64,000 bases of DNA from Candidatus Heimdallarchaeum endolithica. Its GTDB lineage: Archaea > Asgardarchaeota > Heimdallarchaeia > Heimdallarchaeales > Heimdallarchaeaceae. Positions within the stretch are counted from its first letter, which is position 1. Each line of letters begins with the position of its first letter. The stretch covers positions 3,072,001-3,136,000 of the forward strand of contig CP084167.1 of assembly GCA_021513715.1 (NCBI GenBank), written 5' to 3'. The position numbers and the translations under genes are program-made. Below, piece after piece: positions 1 through 9,035 of this stretch. The notes beneath the pieces are model-generated. The model was not told the DNA's origin and ran no database searches. It saw only the letters and a list, made by a program, of their open reading frames with translations.

Positions 1-486
1 ATCTAAAGAGCTCATTACTGCAGAAAGCTTAAGGATCTCTCTTCTGATTTGTTGTTCACTAGCCATCGAAAGAGCTAAGGCAGTAATACTGTCAATAACA
101 ACTCTTTCGGCTCCAATTGCATCTATAGTTGTAATTAACTGGTTAATGAGTTCGTCTACATCTACAGGAGTTTGAAATTTCTCATTAGAACTAACTCCAG
201 CTCTAGGACTAAAACCATCGATTATCACTAATAAATCTTGTTCTTCAAGTTCTCGAAGATTCCAACCGAAATTAAGGCATTGTTGTCTCACATGTTCTGG
301 GTGTTCATCAAATGAGACGAAAATACCTGTTTCTCCAGCAGAGACAATACCATGATAAAGAAATTGGTGGCCAAAAGTAGACTTTCCTCCACCAGCAGGC
401 CCAGCTAATAATATTGTTCTTCCTTTAGGAAGACCACCACCCAAAATTTTGTCTAGTCCTGGAATACCAGTTTCTACTAATTCCAT
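1..486 (-). CDS. KaiC/RAD55-family RecA-superfamily ATPase (5' part; runs off the window start)
   Basis: Not in the ORF track. Manual translation from ATG at 486 gives MELVETGIPGLDKILGGGLPKGRTILLAGPAGGGKST...KRVVIDSIT, with the KaiC N-terminal signature and intact Walker A and B. Confidence 0.9.
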   Translation of the reverse strand, partial: MELVETGIPGLDKILGGGLPKGRTILLAGPAGGGKSTFGHQFLYHGIVSAGETGIFVSFDEHPEHVRQQCLNFGWNLRELEEQDLLVIIDGFSPRAGVSSNEKFQTPVDVDELINQLITTIDAIGAERVVIDSITALALSMASEQQIRREILKLSAVMSSLD

Positions 487-573
487 TATTATCACAAAAA
501 GATAATAACTAGGAAATAATAAGTTTTTGCACATTGCAAAGTCTTTTCAGAATCAAGCTGAAGATTTGTAAAC

Positions 574-2415
574 TCAATCAATATCGTCTTCTACTTCATC
601 AATGTTAATTGTTTCCTCTCTTTTAGGTAAGTGCCATCCTCCTCCTGGTGTTTTAATAACTACTGTTGGATCACTAGTTTGATCGATGAATATTAGTAGT
701 TCAACATTGAATTTTTTCTTTACATAAGAAGAAGCTTCTATAATAGTATATTTTCCATCAACTAAGTAGATAATTGAACCTAGCACTGCTTTTTCAATAC
801 AAGAGCTCTTTTCATCTACAATCCCCACTCTTGCTGTTAGATCCCAGTTCATTGTTCTAATTAAGGGAACAAATCCAATATTCTTGATTTTTATTGTTTC
901 AGAAGAGAGAATGTAATAGGGAGAGCTCATCTCTTTTGGATATTCTTCAAGTAATTTTGGTGAAGAACTAACAAACCTCTTTAGTGCAGATTTAGAACTC
1001 TTTAACTTAAGAACAGGTTTATATGAATCTTTGATTTTTGGAGATTTTCTAATAAGCTTATCATAATATTCTTCAATAGTTGTTTTCAATTCTGGGATAC
1101 CAGAAAAAAATAACCAGGTAAGAAATTCTAAACTTAAAATACACAAGCCATAGTTTTCAGAGTTTAGAGCTAAATGGAAAGATTGCTCAAACATTAAACG
1201 TGATTGTAATGTTTTTCCTTGTTGCATAAATTTAAATCCAATTTGATTAATAAACTCTATATCTTCGTAACTTCTTGGAACAGCTTTTTCTTCAAATTTT
1301 CCGTTACTTAAAACTACAGAGAGTAAGATAAGTGTATGAACTAAATTGGCTAAATCTGGTCTATTACGTCTAATGCACAAATCTTCAAAGGCAGGAGTAA
1401 AATATGAAGGCAATCGATGAATCTGTTCAGTTAATAAAAGTAAAACTATCCTGAGGAAATGAATTTCCATATCTAAATCAGTGACAACTGCATTACTCTG
1501 GAAGAAAATCATTAAAAGTTCATCCATAAAGACTCTTCCAAGTTCAAGTTCTCTATTTTCAATAAGGCATATGCATGCAAGGTAAAGAAGACGGCTTAAA
1601 AGAACTAATGAAGAATTATAAATAGGATGGTCTTCAATATCTGATGAAGCTAATCGCCAATCTACTATAGCATCTATTATTTCTCTAACTCTAGAAATCA
1701 GTTCTGGTTGTAATTCTTCGTATTTTTCTTCTCTGAAATCTGTTTCAAGAATGCTAAGATCCTCCCATACTTCAGCGATTAGTTCCTTTAATTGTAAAGC
1801 TTGTATAGAAAACTCTTCTTCACTTATGTCTCCTTCTTTGATTTCGCTCATCTTTTCTTCATATTCAGCTTTAATTACAGAAATTGCTGAATCAAAAATT
1901 TTTGAGATGCGCTTAACAGGATCATAGCGATTCGTACTACTGACTGAATAACGTATTTCTGCACTGAAAAGTTTTCTTTCCAACTCTTGAAGAAATCTAA
2001 GAGAGGAAGAATCATCACACTTTTTTATAAGATAACGAATAAAAGCACTATCAATATAAGATTGAATATTAACTAATTCTGCAGTTTCGACGAGTTTAAT
2101 GTCGCTACTAACAATTTTTGCTTTAAGTTTGTACGCTACATAAATTACACTTAAATCCGGTTTTTGAGGAACACTAGTGGTAAGTGAATAAAGTCTTGTT
2201 AGAAATTGGTTAAAATCTTCTGTATCCACCTTCTCAACTGAAATGTGAGGTTCAAGTTCACGAAAAAGAAAATGTCTCATCTCACCTTTTATATAAGAAG
2301 TGATGACAATCTTTATTTTGAGTTTCTTTACTATTTGAGCAAACTTAGAGTACTTTTGAGGTTCAGATTGAAAACCTGAAATAAAGAAGTTAGTGTCAAC
2401 TACAAATGCTTCCAT
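574..2415 (-). CDS. PIN-domain protein with a long alpha-helical/TPR-like region and a C-terminal beta domain
   Basis: N-terminal VVDTNF...E...PDLSV...SSD is the PIN acidic tetrad. The rest is helical (Leu/Glu-rich), then beta-rich. Confidence 0.65.
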   Translation of the reverse strand: MEAFVVDTNFFISGFQSEPQKYSKFAQIVKKLKIKIVITSYIKGEMRHFLFRELEPHISVEKVDTEDFNQFLTRLYSLTTSVPQKPDLSVIYVAYKLKAKIVSSDIKLVETAELVNIQSYIDSAFIRYLIKKCDDSSSLRFLQELERKLFSAEIRYSVSSTNRYDPVKRISKIFDSAISVIKAEYEEKMSEIKEGDISEEEFSIQALQLKELIAEVWEDLSILETDFREEKYEELQPELISRVREIIDAIVDWRLASSDIEDHPIYNSSLVLLSRLLYLACICLIENRELELGRVFMDELLMIFFQSNAVVTDLDMEIHFLRIVLLLLTEQIHRLPSYFTPAFEDLCIRRNRPDLANLVHTLILLSVVLSNGKFEEKAVPRSYEDIEFINQIGFKFMQQGKTLQSRLMFEQSFHLALNSENYGLCILSLEFLTWLFFSGIPELKTTIEEYYDKLIRKSPKIKDSYKPVLKLKSSKSALKRFVSSSPKLLEEYPKEMSSPYYILSSETIKIKNIGFVPLIRTMNWDLTARVGIVDEKSSCIEKAVLGSIIYLVDGKYTIIEASSYVKKKFNVELLIFIDQTSDPTVVIKTPGGGWHLPKREETINIDEVEDDID

Positions 2416-2510
2416 TAATATTATTATAATTCATTACCACATAAAACATTTTTGCAAATATTAGGAAAAAAAGACTAAAATAATTATTAAAAAATGGTCA
2501 GTTTACAAAT

Positions 2511-3428
2511 TTATACAACATTATAGTAAATCTCTGTTAACCCTTCTTCTAAACGTATCTTTGGATTAAAATTAAGTTCTTTCTGAGCTTTAGAAATTGA
2601 ACAATAGCTGTGTTTTATGTCTCCAGTTCTTGGTTCTGTGTAATTTATTGACAAGTCCTTCTTTCCAATTTTAAGAAGTAAATTTGCAAGTTCTAAAATC
2701 GAAGTTTGCTTTCCTGTACCTATATTATAACTTTCTCCGTTGGATTTGTCGTTTTTTAAGACGAGTTTTATAGCAGAGACAACATCTTGAACATGTATAA
2801 AATCTCTTGTTTGTGTTCCATCGCCTTCAATAATTGGTGAAGAATTAAGATGAATTAGATGTATAAATTTACTAATAACTCCAGAATAAGGATCATCTAT
2901 TTTTTGTAGGTTGCTGTAAAGATTAAATAGGATAAGAGATGTAGTAGGAAGATTATATAGCGAATTATATAACATCGTGTAACGTTCTCCAACAAGCTTA
3001 GATAAACCGTAGGGAGAAAGAGGTTCACGAGGATGTTCTTCAGTAATTGGAAGAAATTTTGGTACTCCAAAAGTAGCTGCAGAACTTAAATAAACGAACT
3101 TTTTGATATCTCGTTTACGAGCAAATTCTAGTAATTTAAGTGTTCCTTCTATATTTGTTTTGGCATCAAATACAGGTTCTTTTGTTGACTTCTTAACTGA
3201 AATTTGAGCAGCTGTATGTATGATAAAATCAATTTCAGGAAGAGAAGAATAGATTGCGTCATCCAGAATATCTCCTTTAATAAATAAACAGTCATTTGGA
3301 GGAGAAATTTTAGCGTTAGATAAATTATCCAGAAGAATTAATTCAAAGTCATTTTTTAGATATTTGTAAATATGAGCACCAACTTGACCAAGACCTCCTG
3401 TTACAAGAATCTTATTCATAAATACCAA
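2511..3428 (-). CDS. NAD-dependent epimerase/dehydratase (UDP-glucose 4-epimerase-like)
   Basis: ILVTGGLGQVG Rossmann motif, SSAA, YGLSK (YxxxK), GDGTQTRDFIHV. Confidence 0.92.
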   Translation of the reverse strand: MVFMNKILVTGGLGQVGAHIYKYLKNDFELILLDNLSNAKISPPNDCLFIKGDILDDAIYSSLPEIDFIIHTAAQISVKKSTKEPVFDAKTNIEGTLKLLEFARKRDIKKFVYLSSAATFGVPKFLPITEEHPREPLSPYGLSKLVGERYTMLYNSLYNLPTTSLILFNLYSNLQKIDDPYSGVISKFIHLIHLNSSPIIEGDGTQTRDFIHVQDVVSAIKLVLKNDKSNGESYNIGTGKQTSILELANLLLKIGKKDLSINYTEPRTGDIKHSYCSISKAQKELNFNPKIRLEEGLTEIYYNVV

Positions 3429-3598
3429 TATTACAACGTCTAATTAAATTTTTTTGTACTACTATTGTTTCTTCTCTTTAATAACCTTTATATTGTTAAA
3501 TTAATTAATTATTAAATATGTCGAAATTTAATCAATCAACAATATTAACAAAAATACTCCAAATTACTGGAGGTGTTCTGTTAATTTTAATATCAATT

Positions 3599-3615
3599 GT
3601 AGGTATGATCGATAC
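3599..3615. repeat. Left copy of the 17-bp target-site duplication
   Basis: GTAGGTATGATCGATAC, identical to 4634-4650. Confidence 0.9.
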
Positions 3616-4633
3616 TGTATACTCAACTCACATTAGTAACAAATAAATAGAAGTGGGTTACGTGGGTAAGTGATATATTATGAACAAAAACGAACGTAAC
3701 CTGGAGAAACTAAGAAAGATTGTGGTTAAAAAAGCTTTGGAAGGAGAGAAGATAAAAAAGGTAGCTCACAAGAATATGGTGAGTAGGAAGTTTGTGTATA
3801 AGTGGTTGAAGAGGTTCAAAGAGAACCCTGAAGGAGAATGGTGGAAAGATAGATCTTCCAGACCAAAAACTATACACAGGAAAGTAGATGAGGAGTTAAA
3901 AGAGAGGATAAGGGAGTTAAGAATAAAACAAGGAATGAATGTAGAGAAGATAGCTTATTTGTTGAAGAGAGAAGGAAAAGCACTCTCCCAGACGACAGTG
4001 ACGAAAGTAATAAAAGAGTTAGGTCTTCCTTTATGGGTTAATAGAAAAAAGAGGAAGAGACCTCGATACAAGAGTTTTGAACGTCAAAAACCTAACGAAT
4101 TCTGACAAATAGATGTGAAAGGACCATTTTGGGTAGAAGAACAAGGATAGACGACATCAAATAACTTTGATAGACGACTACTCACGATTTAGCCTAGGAG
4201 CTAAACTCCACCCTTTTGCACAAAGAAAAGAGCAGATAATAAGTTTGCTAGAGGATGCAATAGAAAAATATGGTCGCCCCGAGTCTATACTCACGGACAA
4301 TGGAGCACTCTTCTCTTCCGTTAGAGGAGAAACAAGTACCTTCTCCCGTTTGTGCCAAACTAAACAGATGGAATAAAGCACATCAGAGCTAGAGTTTTTC
4401 ACCCCAAAACATGTGGAAAAGTAGAAAGACTACATGTGACCCAACCATCATCCGTGAGATAGAAAGATTAGGTCTAACCTACTACAACGCTGATCTCTTC
4501 ACCTACCGCTCTTACTACAATTTTAGTCGTCTTCACCAGTCTCTTAACTTCCTCACCCCAGGAGAAAGATTTATGAAACACCCCTATGTATCTCTAGTGC
4601 TTAAAAGTGTAACCCAAGTCTATTGAGTAAACA
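3616..4633 (+). mobile_element. IS481-family insertion sequence (1018 bp), decayed
   Basis: Ends are 5'-TGTATACTCAA...TTGAGTAAACA-3' (imperfect IR, about 18/26 matches, TGT termini). Flanked by the direct repeat GTAGGTATGATCGATAC at 3599-3615 and 4634-4650. Encodes HTH + DDE transposase fragments. Confidence 0.9.
3680..4626 (+). pseudogene. IS481-family DDE transposase with premature stops and frameshifts
   Basis: HTH (KFVYKWLKRF...RSSRP), then PNEF*QIDVKG (TGA replaces Trp), IDDYSRF, ILTDNG, IKHIRARVFHPKTCGKVERLH and YYNFSRLHQSL, spread over different frames. Confidence 0.9.
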
Positions 4634-4650
4634 GTAGGTATGATCGATAC
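4634..4650. repeat. Right copy of the 17-bp target-site duplication
   Basis: GTAGGTATGATCGATAC, identical to 3599-3615. Confidence 0.9.
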
Positions 4651-5166
4651 TGAAAAAACTTTACAGATTATGCGTTGGGTCTTATCTTCAATTTTGATTG
4701 TTTTCGCGATTGCTATGATACTCTATGCCTTTTTAGCAATAGAAAAAACAGAAAAAACAAAACAAATTCTGTATATAGTGGCAAGTGTTATTGTCCTATT
4801 TCTAGGAATACTACCTATGATCTTTGGTTCTGTGGCAAGTCAAATGATAACTATAATTTTAATGATACTAATGTTTGTAGTAGGTTGTTTGCGAATATCA
4901 ATAGGTTTCAAATCGTCTACACTTCCCAGATGGAAAACTAACATTTACATATTGGTAGGCTCTGTAGCTGCAACACTTTCGTCTGTAGTACTAATCTTTT
5001 ATTCAAGATCAGTCTCTTCTTCTGTTGTGTTCTTTTTTGCATTTCTCTTGATATTAACAGGAGGCACTCTTATTCTCGATGGAGTAACTAAACCCAAAGA
5101 GGGTTATCACAAAATTCGAGAAGAGAAAAAAAGGCAGAAGAGTAAAGAAAAATTAGAAACAAAAAC

Positions 5167-5208
5167 AGAAGAAAAAATAGAAGAAAAAATAGAAGAAAAA
5201 ATAGAAGA
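5167..5208 (+). repeat. 12-bp coding tandem repeat (AGAAGAAAAAAT x3.5; EEKI)
   Basis: Directly visible in the sequence. Confidence 0.85.
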
Positions 5209-5416
5209 GCCAACTGAAACAGAAGAAAAAGATGTTAACGAAACAAAGGAAGAGTAATTTTTTCTTTTTTTCCTATTTTTACTTTTTTTGTTATCATAAG
5301 AGTATACCAATAGGAAACTCGCTAAACTTATTTACTCCAATTAAAGCATAAGTTGGAAATTATAGCAAAAATATTAAAAAGGTATGACAAATTGCATTGA
5401 TGTAGAGAAATAATGG

Positions 5417-6244
5417 GTGGATAAAAAGGTGAAAAAACATTATATCCTTGCTTTGATTTTTATAATTAGTTTGTCATTTAGTTTAACTCCAAAACTAAAA
5501 ATTAGTGCTCAAATAGAAGAAGAAAACATAAAATGGGACTATTCTGGTTTAGTAAAATTTCAGGCAGATAGAGTAAAATTTGATGAGGAAACTCCACTTA
5601 AATTGAGATACTATTATCATCTCTTCTATAACGAAGAAACAGAAACAGTAGAATCCCTAGTTGTTATTTATGGATTAAGACCCATTATAAGTGCTCCTTA
5701 TTATTCAAGGTTTTTCAGTGAAGGAGCAACTTATACCCGTTTTAGTTACTGGTTGAACGATTCTTATGGACTTAAATGGGTAAATATAACCTATGAATCT
5801 GTAACAAATGAAAATTCAGAAGCCTATGCTCCTGAATATTTAACAGTTTACAATGTTATTGCTAATAATTCATTATTTAAGTCACGCTCTGATGTTTGGG
5901 AAAGTTCTGGAGTAATAAAGTTTCCAATCCACTTTGCTAACTTATCTAGTGTTATAGGAGAAACAATAGGATTATGGGAAATTATTCAAAGAGATGGTAC
6001 AATCATTCGTGGGCAATTTACAACTTATGGTAAAACTAATCCTATTTTTGAAGATCCAAAATCAAGCTATACTTGGCCAGACTATAATGTAACAGTTGCA
6101 CAAGATATAGAAAGATCTTCGTTGCCAAGAGAACACTCTGTTAAAGTTCCTTTTTCTCTTACGTCAACAGTATTAACAAGTTTTGTGTTAACTTTGTTCC
6201 TAAATGTTCTGAAAAGAAGTAAAAAAAAGGAGTTGAAAAATTAA
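5417..6244 (+). CDS. Secreted/surface protein of unknown function with a C-terminal membrane anchor
   Basis: Signal peptide, N-glycosylation sequons, and a C-terminal VPF + TM + basic tail. Paralogous to 6245-7594. Confidence 0.75.
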   Translation: MDKKVKKHYILALIFIISLSFSLTPKLKISAQIEEENIKWDYSGLVKFQADRVKFDEETPLKLRYYYHLFYNEETETVESLVVIYGLRPIISAPYYSRFFSEGATYTRFSYWLNDSYGLKWVNITYESVTNENSEAYAPEYLTVYNVIANNSLFKSRSDVWESSGVIKFPIHFANLSSVIGETIGLWEIIQRDGTIIRGQFTTYGKTNPIFEDPKSSYTWPDYNVTVAQDIERSSLPREHSVKVPFSLTSTVLTSFVLTLFLNVLKRSKKKELKN

Positions 6245-7594
6245 ATGAGATATAAACAAGTATTTTTTGTATTTACAACACTAATTTTATTCACTTCTCT
6301 AATTGCAAATATCAATCTCAACACTTATGCACAAGATGACGAATCTAAGTGGGACTTTTCTGGAGTAATTAGGGTTGATAGTGAATTAAGAAAACCTCCT
6401 GTTTATCATCCTGAAGAGTTAGACCACACCAAACCTACTGTCTTTCCATTGTCTGATATAAGTTTGGAGTTTAATACAAGTGGAAACAAACTTCAATGGT
6501 TTCCATCAGATGTATATCCAGGAGATTACCCTGATAATTATTCAGTTTACAGAAATGATACACTTGTTCAGAAAGGTTCATGGGGTTCAAACCAATATAT
6601 AACAGTAAATTTAGATGGTTTAGAGAGAGGAAATTATAATTATTCGATAGTAGTTCAAGATGAAAAAGGAAACAAAGCTCAAGATGAAGTATATGTAAGT
6701 GTAGTAAACGAAACTGCTCCATATATAAAACAAGTAGCAGATATAGAGTTTTTTGAAGGAAATACTGTTTCACCTATTGTCTGGTATGTAACTGACAAAA
6801 ATCTGTCAAACTATGTGATTCAAAAGAATGAAGGGACAGTAGATTCTAACATTTGGTCAGAGTATTCAAATGAAAGCAACTGGAATCCAGAAAATCCAAC
6901 TATTTCATATGCCATATCAGGATTAGAGGTAGGAGAATATAATATTACTTTAATTGTTGAAGATATTTATGGACAAAAAAGCGTTGATACAGTAATAGTA
7001 AAAGTAAAGGATCCATCTACTATAATACATTATGAGAATTATGAACCCCCAAATTTAGAAATAGCTGTCCTAGGTTTAGATACAAACGATGATGATTCAA
7101 TGGATACTTATTATGGATTCTATGGAATGATTGAAGATCCTGGAGTTGAAGGATACTTTAATAAAATCCTTGAACCATACTTGGGTGCAACATGGAGAAT
7201 GAGGATACCTGAAGGATCTCCAGCTAACTGGGAAGTACTATATTATCCTGACCCTATTTATGATAAGATAAGACCTTATTTGGCTTATGATGCACCAGTA
7301 TACTATGTAAACTTGACAGTAGCAACAGGTGTAAATTTAGAATATGAAATTGATCTTGGTACAAATACTACATATGGAAACTTAACAACTTATGGACCAA
7401 CCAATCCACTGTACCCAGAAGTTCCAGAATTCCCAGGCTATAATTATTCTATTCCATATTATTCAGGAACAAAAGAAAATGAATTTACTGTTGAAACAGA
7501 TTTCTTCAGTAGCCTATCATCAATGATAAGCATTGTTTCGCTTTCATTTTTAGTTTTAGTTCTCTACAATAAACGTAAAAGAAAAATGAGATAA
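6245..7594 (+). CDS. Surface protein with two Ig-like (PKD-like) domains and a C-terminal anchor
   Basis: Signal peptide; two repeats of P...W...D...NY...W...GxYNxxxxVxDxxG...DxVxVxV; C-terminal TM + KRKRKMR. Confidence 0.75.
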   Translation: MRYKQVFFVFTTLILFTSLIANINLNTYAQDDESKWDFSGVIRVDSELRKPPVYHPEELDHTKPTVFPLSDISLEFNTSGNKLQWFPSDVYPGDYPDNYSVYRNDTLVQKGSWGSNQYITVNLDGLERGNYNYSIVVQDEKGNKAQDEVYVSVVNETAPYIKQVADIEFFEGNTVSPIVWYVTDKNLSNYVIQKNEGTVDSNIWSEYSNESNWNPENPTISYAISGLEVGEYNITLIVEDIYGQKSVDTVIVKVKDPSTIIHYENYEPPNLEIAVLGLDTNDDDSMDTYYGFYGMIEDPGVEGYFNKILEPYLGATWRMRIPEGSPANWEVLYYPDPIYDKIRPYLAYDAPVYYVNLTVATGVNLEYEIDLGTNTTYGNLTTYGPTNPLYPEVPEFPGYNYSIPYYSGTKENEFTVETDFFSSLSSMISIVSLSFLVLVLYNKRKRKMR

Positions 7595-7663
7595 AAAAAA
7601 CCTTTTTCTTTTTCTTTTTATTTCAAAGCATTTTTAAGTTCTATTTGTTTACAACTAATTAAA

Positions 7664-8329
7664 ATGACTTTATATTCCTCATTTGTAGACAGTTTAATCA
7701 TTTATATAACTGAAGGAATTGCATTATCATTGTTTGTTTGTACTTTCTTTATTAAAAAGAGAAAAATTAGAAAAATAATTAATAGTGTAGGTGGAGGATT
7801 GATATTTATTCTATTTGTTTTCGGAATATTTTACGATCTTAAAGGTTTTTTAGTCTTGTATTCACTTTTGACAATAATAGTTTTGCTTTTAAAAATGATA
7901 ATCGAAGATAAAAGAGTAAAATATATATGGCTTACACTCGCCTCTTTTGTTTTAACAGCTTTTAGTGTAGAAACACACCTAGAAATAATGTTTTTGTTGA
8001 GTTTATGTTTAAGTATTATTCTATTTTTATCATTTACAGCAGTTTCATACTATGAAACAAGTAAAAGAAAAAGAACTGAGAAAGAAGAATTTAGTGTTTT
8101 TTCATTGATTCTAGAAACAATTTTTTCTCTGTTCCTATGTGCTCCACTTGTTTTTTTAATTGTAACCTATGACTATTCTCAACAAAGTGTTAATCTAGTA
8201 AAAGAAGTAATAAACACTGGGATAGATGGAAATTTGACCATAATTCTTGGACTTTTCCTGATAATGTTTGTTTTCTTGTTTATTTATGACTTTGTAGAAA
8301 ATAGGAGTGAAAAAGAATGGTATCAGTAG
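7664..8329 (+). CDS. Membrane protein, possibly degenerate NuoJ-like
   Basis: About 6-7 TM helices. Position and topology match NuoJ, but the conserved NuoJ motif is not recognisable. Confidence 0.45.
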   Translation: MTLYSSFVDSLIIYITEGIALSLFVCTFFIKKRKIRKIINSVGGGLIFILFVFGIFYDLKGFLVLYSLLTIIVLLLKMIIEDKRVKYIWLTLASFVLTAFSVETHLEIMFLLSLCLSIILFLSFTAVSYYETSKRKRTEKEEFSVFSLILETIFSLFLCAPLVFLIVTYDYSQQSVNLVKEVINTGIDGNLTIILGLFLIMFVFLFIYDFVENRSEKEWYQ

Positions 8330-8583
8330 AAATATACTTCATTTTATGTTTAATTATAATATTCATAGGTTTAATAACTTTTAAACACTATTTAGCAAAT
8401 ATTAAATTTATTTATGGAGTAACAGTAATTTATATTGGGGCTATTTGTCTCTCATTTCTTCTTAATAATGTAAAAGATGAAATCATTTTTGTGTATACTG
8501 GAATATTCTCGATTTTAATATTGATTTTGTTAGCAATAAAGTCACCTGTGTTTGAAGAAAAAGTAAAGGAGAATAGACAATGA
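8317..8583 (+). CDS. Small 3-TM membrane protein, NuoK/MrpC-like (degenerate)
   Basis: 88 aa with 3 TM. N-terminus MVSVEIYFILCLIIIFIGL resembles NuoK. Overlaps its neighbours. Confidence 0.5.
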   Translation: MVSVEIYFILCLIIIFIGLITFKHYLANIKFIYGVTVIYIGAICLSFLLNNVKDEIIFVYTGIFSILILILLAIKSPVFEEKVKENRQ

Positions 8584-9035
8584 GTAAAAATGAAAGAATA
8601 GTTGAGAAGAAAACTGAAGCAGTATCAGTAACAGAACAAGCAGTAACAGAAGATATGGAAGCGAAAGAAGAAACTTCAAAAAAAGTTGAAAAAGAAAGAA
8701 AAAGTGAATCCCTTGCTTCTAAAATAAAAGAGAAAACGATTAAATTCTTAAATTATCTTTTTGTAACTATATTATACCTAAAGATTATCAAACCCACTTT
8801 TTATGGCTTAAAAATAGGTACAAGTTTTCTGCTAAATTTAGGAAAAAACTTTTTTGCAATCTCTTCAAAGTTTTTTTACAAATTGTATATAGTTGCTAAA
8901 AGAAACATGGAAGAATTATCTTTCTTTGTTCACAGATTTGAACGAGCACCACTTAGTCTTCAAGTATGGATAACAAGTGTTTTTGTTTTTCTATTGATTT
9001 CAATATGGATAGCTTTCGGGGGTAGACTAGAATGA
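8580..9035 (+). CDS. Membrane-associated protein resembling only the C-terminal lateral helix and last TM of NuoL
   Basis: Charged N-terminus, long amphipathic helix, and HRFERAPLSLQVWITSVFVFLL resembling the NuoL tail. Confidence 0.4.
   Translation: MSKNERIVEKKTEAVSVTEQAVTEDMEAKEETSKKVEKERKSESLASKIKEKTIKFLNYLFVTILYLKIIKPTFYGLKIGTSFLLNLGKNFFAISSKFFYKLYIVAKRNMEELSFFVHRFERAPLSLQVWITSVFVFLLISIWIAFGGRLE

Larger units (their letters stand above)
3518..5257 (+). pseudogene. Multi-pass membrane protein (HdeD/DUF308-like) interrupted by the IS. 5' fragment is 3518-3615; 3' remnant is ORF 4640-5257.
   Basis: ATG at 3518 reads MSKFNQSTILTKILQITGGVLLILISIVGMIDT. Removing the IS plus one TSD copy joins it in frame to EKTLQIMRWV..., giving a 234-aa hydrophobic protein with a charged tail. 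Confidence 0.8.

Noticed and set aside
4100-4160. Programmed read-through or selenocysteine at the transposase TGA
   Set aside because: The TGA replaces a conserved Trp and is followed by another stop and frameshifts, so decay is the simpler explanation.
4640-5257. Intact stand-alone 205-aa gene
   Set aside because: Its ATG lies within the target duplication; the true 5' end is at 3518, on the other side of the IS.
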